Shown: piece by piece, positions 33,549 through 41,773 of the stretch | Layout of the letters: every line of letters begins with the position of its first letter | How positions within the stretch are numbered: position 1 is the first letter of the stretch | Assembly (NCBI RefSeq): GCF_001194135.2 | Contig: NC_068987.1 | Location: 55,525,196 to 55,566,968 of the forward strand | DNA: 41,773 bases | Direction: 5' to 3' | Source: Octopus bimaculoides | Taxonomy: Eukaryota | Notes under the pieces: model-generated | What the model saw: the letters and a program-made list of their open reading frames with translations, nothing else | Databases searched by the model: none | What the model was told of the DNA's origin: nothing | Program-made: the position numbers and the translations under genes

Positions 33549-33888
33549 NNNNNNNNNNNNNNNNNNNNNNNNNNNNNNNNNNNNNNNNNNNNNNNNNNNN
33601 NNNNNNNNNNNNNNNNNNNNNNNNNNNNNNNNNNNNNNNNNNNNNNNNNNNNNNNNNNNNNNNNNNNNNNNNNNNNNNNNNNNNNNNNNNNNNNNNNNNN
33701 NNNNNNNNNNNNNNNNNNNNNNNNNNNNNNNNNNNNNNNNNNNNNNNNNNNNNNNNNNNNNNNNNNNNNNNNNNNNNNNNNNNNNNNNNNNNNNNNNNNN
33801 NNNNNNNNNNNNNNNNNNNNNNNNNNNNNNNNNNNNTATATATATATATATCGATTTATCTATCCATCTATCCAAACTGGAAAAAAGT

Positions 33889-34625
33889 ATCAGAGGCATA
33901 CAGGATGGAAATCAGTCTAGGAATAAGCAAGATCCTGGTTAATAGCAGAAATCAAAAAACATCAAGCAACATTATGCTGAATGGAGAAAGACTTAACGAA
34001 GTGGAGACCTTCAAGTACTTAGGATCCACTTTGATCAAGGACGGCCGATCTGAATAAGAAATATCAACAAGACTCAATCTAACCTCTGTTGCCCTGACGA
34101 AGCTGAACAACGTATGGAAAAGCAATTTCATTAGGTTTCCAACAAGTCTCAGTGTACAATTCTCTGGTGATTTTGATCCTTCTGTATTGGGTGAGAGCTG
34201 GCCTCTTACAGTTGAAACTGAGAGAAGATTCCAGGCATTTGAGAACAGGTGCTTTAGAAGGCTGCTACACATCCTGTACACAGCACAAAACGAGCAGCTT
34301 TGTCCGGCAGCAAGTCAAACAAATATGTTGACAGACAGGAACCACTCCTTGCACAGGTAAAAAGACGAAAGCTTGCCAGGTATGGTCAAGTATCCTGCCA
34401 CAACTCCCTGTCCAAAACCGTTTTTTAGGGCATAGTTGAGGGCGGGAGAAAGAAGTAGACAGAAAATGCTGGTTTGACAACATCAAGGACTGGACAGGTC
34501 ACAACACTGCGAACCTGCTACGCATGACAGAGAACAGAGACCAGTGGTGACGGCTGACTACGAAAGCGTTTAGAGTGACATCCCAACGACTGAATTCATT
34601 AGTAAAAGGATCTTGATAATGATGT
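33889..34625 (+). mobile_element. 5'-truncated RTE-clade LINE (end of RT through C-terminus)
   Basis: RMEIS..SKILVN...VETFKYLGS...ESWPLTVETERRFQAFENRCFRRLL...VKRRKLA.YG...CWFDNIKDWTG...NRDQW, with stops and frameshifts, and a tgat-type tail. Confidence 0.9.
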
Positions 34626-36809
34626 TGATCTGTCCGTCCGTTTCTCTGTCTGATTGTCTGTCTGTCTACATATGTTGGTATATATGTATTTTATGTACGC
34701 ACTGATTTTTATCTATGTATGTAATTATAGTCGAATTAATACGCCACAATTTGCGCCGAGATTCTTGAAATGTTGCCTATAGACGTGGTCTTAGAATATG
34801 TCAATTTTTCTGATAATTTAAAGGACAGGAATTCTTTCATAACGACGCATGCATACTAAAGAAGGATGAAAACGGAAACAGACAAAAGTAGAATGACACG
34901 TGTCTATGTTTTTGTTGCTTTGGAAAATCAATTACGACCCATCACGTATTATTTTTTTGTATTTCTTGCCCATTTAAGTATGTGCATTTGCATAGAAATA
35001 TAGGAAACTGATGCTGTATGCATATGGATAGAAGGATTTTTTTCACATATTTATTCTTTATGAAGAAAATGGATCTTGTAACTTAAGAATCTTAGATATT
35101 TGCTGGAAGTTCAAGTATTTTCTATTTAAAACGCCATAGATGTGTAAAAATAATGATAATATTACGAACAATACAATTGTTGAATATGTTCTTTCTACTT
35201 CTATATCCATATGACTCACACATACATTAAAACACTTATAAGTGTATGCGCGAGTGCATGTGTATAAGTGTATGTCATACGAGGTGGTGTGGGAAAAACA
35301 CAATGACGAACAAGTTTATTCTGTACTGATATTAACAGTATGGCGTCTTCTTGTGTTTGGTAATACTTCATAACATTTCCAGACTGCAAACTGCTAGTTT
35401 TTAATTTCGCTACTTGCTAAAACTTTAATTTTTAATGGTATTAATCCTATTAAATATCATATTAAAATTATCACCTAAGAAAATTAAAAGCTATCAACTG
35501 GCAATCGATACACTCACACAGATACACATACATATTTGTATATAAATATTTAGGAATGTATGTATACACATACACAGATATATGTATGTATGTGTATGTG
35601 TGTGCGTGCGTGTGTGTATGTGTGTGCACGTCTGTAAAGGGAAGAATAAAACAAAATGAATTAAACGTTCTTTATTTCATATCACTACAATTGTTTCCAC
35701 ACATCGCCACTTCCGTAGTACATTGGCAAGATGGTATAATTAATACACTGAGTATATATATTTCACAGACGCTACTATACTATGTAGTTGACAAAATCAA
35801 AAACAAACAATATAAATATGTGTGCGCGTGTGTGTGTACATATGTATATGTATATATATATATGTATATNNNNNNNNNNNNNNNNNNNNNNNNNNNNNNN
35901 NNNNNNNNNNNNNNNNNNNNNNNNNNNNNNNNNNNNNNNNNNNNNNNNNNNNNNNNNNNNNNNNNNNNNNNNNNNNNNNNNNNNNNNNNNNNNNNNNNNN
36001 NNNNNNNNNNNNNNNNNNNNNNNNNNNNNNNNNNNNNNNNNNNNNNNNNNNNNNNNNNNNNNNNNNNNNNNNNNNNNNNNNNNNNNNNNNNNNNNNNNNN
36101 NNNNNNNNNNNNNNNNNNNNNNNNNNNNNNNNNNNNNNNNNNNNNNNNNNNNNNNNNNNNNNNNNNNNNNNNNNNNNNNNNNNNNNNNNNNNNNNNNNNN
36201 NNNNNNNNNNNNNNNNNNNNNNNNNNNNNNNNNNNNNNNNNNNNNNNNNNNNNNNNNNNNNNNNNNNNNNNNNNNNNNNNNNNNNNNNNNNNNNNNNNNN
36301 NNNNNNNNNNNNNNNNNNNNNNNNNNNNNNNNNNNNNNNNNNNNNNNNNNNNNNNNNNNNNNNNNNNNNNNNNNNNNNNNNNNNNNNNNNNNNNNNNNNN
36401 NNNNNNNNNNNNNNNNNNNNNNNNNNNNNNNNNNNNNNNNNNNNNNNNNNNNNNNNNNNNNNNNNNNNNNNNNNNNNNNNNNNNNNNNNNNNNNNNNNNN
36501 NNNNNNNNNNNNNNNNNNNNNNNNNNNNNNNNNNNNNNNNNNNNNNNNNNNNNNNNNNNNNNNNNNNNNNNNNNNNNNNNNNNNNNNNNNNNNNNNNNNN
36601 NNNNNNNNNNNNNNNNNNNNNNNNNNNNNNNNNNNNNNNNNNNNNNNNNNNNNNNNNNNNNNNNNNNNNNNNNNNNNNNNNNNNNNNNNNNNNNNNNNNN
36701 NNNNNNNNNNNNNNNNNNNNNNNNNNNNNNNNNNNNNNNNNNNNNNNNNNNNNNNNNNNNNNNNNNNNNNNNNNNNNNNNNNNNNNNNNNNNNNNNNNNN
36801 NNNNNNNNN

Positions 36810-36852
<43 letters not shown>

Positions 36853-37861
36853 AATAGCTATATATAACACACAAATAATATATATGTATGAACACAGACA
36901 CACGCATATACGTATATATGTACACGTACATAAATTTGTTAGCACACGTTTTGCATTTAAGCCATTTTCTCACACATACCTCTGCCATTTCAAAATGTCT
37001 GCTTTAATTTTTTATGAAACTAGTCTAGCAATTCTGCGGTAGTCAACTAACTTTAACTAGTATCAGCAAGACCGACATCTTTATGTTTCAATTATTCATA
37101 ATTGTTTAGGTCATACGTTAAAGACGGTCGGATTGTTTCTCCTATAAACAAAGATAAGTTGGAAGTCTGAATAATCTTTAATTAAATGCAATTGTTGGAG
37201 AAAAACAGTTTGTTTCTTCCATGTAGCTCTTAAGTGACAACATTTTGCCGGTTGTGAATTTTGGAATTTATATATTTTTCATAAATAATATAAATATGAT
37301 TAAAACGTGTATTAATATTTGTATATTTTAGACAAAAATAGAATTACACGTATATTTATCTACCTTACTTATTATAATAGACTGTGTTTAGGCCGTTAAA
37401 GTTTTACTTCCGTCATAGCTCTGAAAAGAAAATAGGCCGTTCCTATTCGAAGGGCTGAACGATAGGAGCTTCCGAGATTTCAAAAAGTTAGTATTTGCAA
37501 AAGGAACGCAGTAGTTAGGGTATATGAATTGAAAAAGCAAAGAACAAATCGTCTTGTATCTTGAGAGCTGGTAATCAAACACTGCAAAATGAAGGTGAAA
37601 AAGGAAGATAGAATCTGGCCTGGTCTAGAAACGAAAGAAGCTGGTTTTCTCAGACCGAAATACAGAAGCAATATAATACTGAGGTTATAAGACACACAGG
37701 AAAGACACCTACAATATCAAGAAAATATCAACACATGCATGCACATATATACAAAGTCTCTGGGGGGAAGGTGTATACAATGAAACATTTCAGTACACAT
37801 ACCAAATACTCATACAAACGTGTCCTATAGATATACCGCTTTATATACGACAGCGTAACGA

Positions 37862-38730
37862 AGGATCAAATTGGCTTGCAGCCCGATCCGGGGTAAAATT
37901 GCAACGAAAAAGCATGGGAAATCATGCCCCCATGATCCCGGACCACGGGGGGGGGGGGGCAGAATAAAGGATCAAATAGGGACGGAAAAAAACGAAACAG
38001 ACTTGGACCGGAAATGGATAATGAGAAATGATGCGGTAAAGGATTGGTAGATGAGGAATTCAGTTGCAGCGGAAAGGTGTTTGCTAGTTACATCGGGCTC
38101 AGAATCCACCAAGGGAAGGTATGTCAGAAGAAAGTAATTCAGCAACGCGGGTTGATGAACCGTAAGACGTGTGGCCAGAACCTCCTGGAAAATAACCATA
38201 GCGAGGGACATTCCACAGTTGAATTAGAACAGTCACAAACAGTGATAGGCGTGAAGAAGACAAAGATTAAGTGGCCGAAAGCAAATGACNNNNNNNNNNN
38301 NNNNNNNNNNNNNNNNNNNNNNNNNNNNNNNNNNNNNNNNNNNNNNNNNNNNNNNNNNNNNNNNNNNNNNNNNNNNNNNNNNNNNNNNNNNNNNNNNNNN
38401 NNNNNNNNNNNNNNNNNNNNNNNNNNNNNNNNNNNNNNNNNNNNNNNNNNNNNNNNNNNNNNNNNNNNNNNNNNNNNNTGGGCAGCCTGCTGGAGCCTAG
38501 CAGTAGGTATAAAAAGGGGAATTTGACAAGACAGTCAGCCGGACGCTGACACTCGTTGATGCTGCATCGAAGAGGCCAGGGAATAGAAGAAAGAAGACAT
38601 GCACCCAACACCAGAGCTGAAGACACCTCCGAAAGGGGGGGCCCCGCCACGTCAAAACGGTAGAGAAGTAGGGGCCGAAACCGGACGTGGTTCCTCCTGA
38701 TGATGTCTTGAGCTAACTGGATCCTATAAA
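37862..38730 (+). mobile_element. HERO-like (RLE-type) non-LTR retrotransposon: 5' and 3' ends either side of a gap
   Basis: FSCSGKVFASYIGLRIHQGKVC (N-terminal finger), NNHS, and KTKIKWPKAND before the gap. After it, a degenerate GQ.A..A..IKRG C-terminus and a ccgaaac...ctgatgatgt 3' UTR-like segment. Family assignment is from recalled motifs. Confidence 0.6.
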
Positions 38731-38754
38731 GGAGCTGTTGTGGTAGCAGACCAC

Positions 38755-39980
38755 GAAACATGGTTGAAATTCCATTCTTCCCTAGAAAGGCATACAATTT
38801 CATTCCTCACTCGTGGCTACTGAAGTCATTGCAGTTGGTGAAAGTGTGTTGTCTCAGTTACTGCCATTGAAAAACACACGAAAACATGATCTATAACCTT
38901 CACATATAACTGAAATGGGAATTACTGTCTGTGATGTTCTAGAGATTTTTAACGGAAATATTGCAAGACTGCACTTTTTACTTTGGCCCGACATCCACAG
39001 TCATTTCTTTTACGACAGTCCACTGAATATGACCGAAGGTTCATAACAGTAAGAGACACTAATATTACTCAAAATTTCTTTCTGGACGATCTAAATATCT
39101 AAAGATCTAAATACACACAATAATGAATACAATCACATTTTCCAATGATATAGGAATAAAATTTGCCCAAAAGAAATGTTCATATTTTAAAGCTTGAACG
39201 TGGAAAGACTATTACCCCAACCCCAATTTTTCTCTCCAATTGTCTTCCTCAATCGCCACATGATTTGTAGCATGAATGCCACAAATACGTTGATATTTGT
39301 AGCACGCATTTCGCTACAAATCATACAAATACATCATATACAAAGGCGCCGTAAACAAAGATTGAGCAAAGAAAGAATTTTAAACCGGATAAAAGAAGAT
39401 ATGGCAGTCAAATTTTTTCTTCAATAACAAACCAACATCCCACAGCACATTTGCAATACCATCCGGATTCCAAAATTTGATATATTTGGCTGCTCTAGAA
39501 AGGGAACCCGCTCCATATATATTAAAACTCACAAGATCCTGAAACCAACTGCAAATTTCCACAGAAACAAAGATATTGAAAGGCTTGTCTCAGAAGAAGA
39601 GATCAGAGCAGACAACTTTCGAGTGTTGTATGGCATCATTCAGCTTCTGTCAAACAACAGTAGTAAAACAATAAATTAACCAAGAGCTCGAAAATGAAGT
39701 AAATAACGACTCGAGAGTTAATAGAGAACTCCTCTAAAAACATTCACTCTTGATAACCTCTCATAAGAACTTTGACGTGCAAGACCAGCATAACTCAGCA
39801 AAGACTTGGATGAGAAACCCCTTGCATACGACAAAATGTTGTGCATGGGTATGTTTCTCGTAAATATAGTGATACAACTAAGATACAACCGAAATTGTCA
39901 GCCATGTCACTTTTTTGTGGATGTCATAGCACATGTAATCTGCAACCAAAATGTTAACGTGTACTACTTCCCAGAGTAAC
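38755..39980 (+). mobile_element. Decayed R4/Dong-like retrotransposon RT region
   Basis: Ordered motifs AYNFIPHSWLLKSL, EIFNG, PQSFLL, TNITQNFFLDDL, TFSNDIGIKFAQKKC, NK..SHSTFAIP, IKTHKIL...NFHRNKDIERL and VHGYVSRK. Many frameshifts. Confidence 0.8.
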
Positions 39981-40092
39981 ATGATATTGCTAAACGGAAG
40001 TATTCTAATGAACAAAAAAGAAAAAGTGCAAAGTCATACCTACATACATACATACATACATACATACATACATAAATACATACATACATACA

Positions 40093-40123
<31 letters not shown>

Positions 40124-40159
40124 TAACTTGTTCCAAGCGTGTCTTGAAAAACAAACGTA

Positions 40160-41087
40160 TTAGGTCATCCCATAAATAATGTGGTTTTTTATACTTCTTT
40201 TATTTTTCAAAATTAAGATAAACAAACTTCTTTTTTAGTCTAAAATATACTCTCTTTCATTTTCTGCAATGCTCTTCCATCTATCTGGTAGACTTGCAAG
40301 GTTCCTCTTCCAAAATTTACTAGTCCGTGACGAAAAATACTTCTCAAGTACTGTTCTGACTTCGTCTACATAATTCATATTTTTTCCGTCCAGATTATTT
40401 TGAAGATTACAGGATAAATGATAATCAGATGAGGTAATATCTGGCGAATATGGTGGGTGGGCATCGTTTCCCATTCAAACTGCTCCAGCCTTTGGAATAT
40501 CATCCTCACTGTGTGTGGTCGAGCATTATCCTGATGGAAGAACACCTTTCGTCTTGAAACCAAAGATGACCTTTTACCGCTGGCATGCAGGTGTCAATGA
40601 ATGGTTGAATGACCAAATCCAAGTTTCTCTGCTAGTTTCTCAACAGTTACAATGGGATTTTGTTCCACCAGGGTTTGCAGGACGTCCTCGACTAGTTCTA
40701 CAGATCTTCCAGGACAGAGCTCATCTTCTAGGCTATAGCTTCCGGCTCGGAATTTCTGGAATCAGCGTCGATCCCCATATACTGCATTATTGTCCGACCC
40801 CCATATACTGCATTAATATTCATCGCACTTTCCGTTACGTTGTTACCTTTATTGAAGTCATAAAGCAAAATATCCCGAATATGGTCCTTTGCCACTTCCA
40901 TTATAGCTTTTAAAAAAATTACTGTTAAAATCGAACTGCACTCCTCAAAACTTGCACTAAGAATAAGTACAAGGTAAAATTACTACTTGCTTTTATAGCA
41001 AGTTGATGCAGGTAGTTGATCCTGTCTCCATCCGACTTTCAGTTCATGCAATTGAAAACATATCGCATTATTTATGGGATGACCTAA
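40160..41087 (-). mobile_element. 928-bp internally deleted mariner transposon
   Basis: TIRs ttaggtcatcccataaataatg with TA on both sides. The transposase relic at 40901->40235 reads MEVAKDHIRDILLYDFNKG...FQKFRAG..SLEDE..PGRS...HSTIH*HLHA joined to RKVFFHQDNARPH...HPPYSPDITSSDYHL...YILD. WVPHEL and the first catalytic D are missing. Confidence 0.95.
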
Positions 41088-41196
41088 TATTTTGTTGGAC
41101 TCATTGGTTTTGATAAAAATATTTTGACACAGATCGAGCATATTGAGTTTTTGATTTTAAATAGGCATATCAAGTTCCTTTGAACAGATACCCAAG

Positions 41197-41283
<87 letters not shown>
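41197..41283. repeat. (TCTA)n microsatellite
   Basis: Pure ATCT run; similar runs at 33476-33548 and elsewhere. Confidence 0.98.
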
Positions 41284-41480
41284 ATCATGGACGGACGGTA
41301 GACACATCGGCTCCCATGTAAGTTGCATTTTTCACCTCTTAAAAGACCTGTTTTGTTTAAAAATTTTGTATAAGTTGTGTATAACACAAAATACTTCGTA
41401 AATATATATTTTTCAAATCGGAAATAACTCTATTTAGAGCCTTATTTCCAAAAATTCAAAAACATCTTCCTCGTTCCTAG

Positions 41481-41722
41481 CCATATTCTGTAAAACGAAT
41501 ATGGCTATGGTATACAACAGGGCCGATTTCCCGCCTCTAATGCCAGAGGCGAAAGAACTTAATGCCGTTCCGCATGAACGCAGACAGGTGGTGGAGAAGA
41601 GCAATGATTGTGAATCTACTGCTGCCTCAACCACCATCACTACCACCATCACGTGTAAAAACTCTGCTGCTACAGCAGTCTTGCCTGCCACCGTCACCAG
41701 TGAAAACAACAACAACAAAATC

Positions 41723-41772
<50 letters not shown>

Positions 41773-41773
41773 C
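41481..41773 (+). CDS. Candidate coding exon running off the window end (MAMVYNRADFPPLMPEAKELNAVPHERRQVVEKSNDCESTAASTTITTT...poly-N); product unknown
   Basis: Acceptor catcttcctcgttcctag at 41480, ATG at 41501, and no stop to the window end (91 codons). GC is higher than the flanks, with in-frame Thr and Asn runs. It is absent from the ORF track, presumably because no stop lies inside the window. Confidence 0.55.

Noticed and set aside
2445-36988. Long ORFs in the track (260-430 aa) and YIYI/CVCV/THTH/LSIY-type ORFs
   Set aside because: They are translations of N runs and microsatellites.
38672-38710. GAAAC...CTGATGA in type II hammerhead order in the HERO-like 3' region
   Set aside because: Only 4 nt are available for stem I and the 10.1-11.1 pair cannot form.
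41434-41772. Minus-strand ORF with a poly-Leu signal-peptide-like start
   Set aside because: It is the antisense of the (AAC)n tract, its start is a non-ATG codon at the window edge, and the plus-strand frame has better splice and compositional support.

Overview
AT-rich, microsatellite- and gap-riddled metazoan genomic DNA. The repeat repertoire and the gaps beside microsatellites point to an octopus draft scaffold (inference, not verified). There is no complete gene, rRNA, tRNA or CRISPR array; most ORFs in the supplied track are artefacts of N-runs or simple repeats. The window holds more than 25 copies of tRNA-head SINEs and decayed non-LTR retroelements: a Penelope-like linker plus GIY-YIG relic, two RTE 3' fragments, two R4/Dong-like fragments and a HERO-like element. 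It also holds a mariner deletion derivative, several MITEs, Helitron/Helentron-like elements and two long foldbacks. Host-gene evidence is limited to candidate exons: a plus-strand frame at 41481 to the window end that the ORF track misses, and minus-strand small exons, the best at 14143-14226. Most interesting signals: (1) a foldable minimal type I hammerhead ribozyme at 9586-9627 (-), with further degenerate hammerhead-like cores elsewhere; (2) a pair of diverged repeats at about 31.1 and 33.1 kb whose differences are strongly synonymous, revealing a decayed protein-coding family I cannot name; (3) an RTE with three C-terminal C2H2 fingers; (4) a 141-bp MITE with a 9-bp TSD that carries a telomere-like (CCCTAA)n array. 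All alignments and folds were done by eye.
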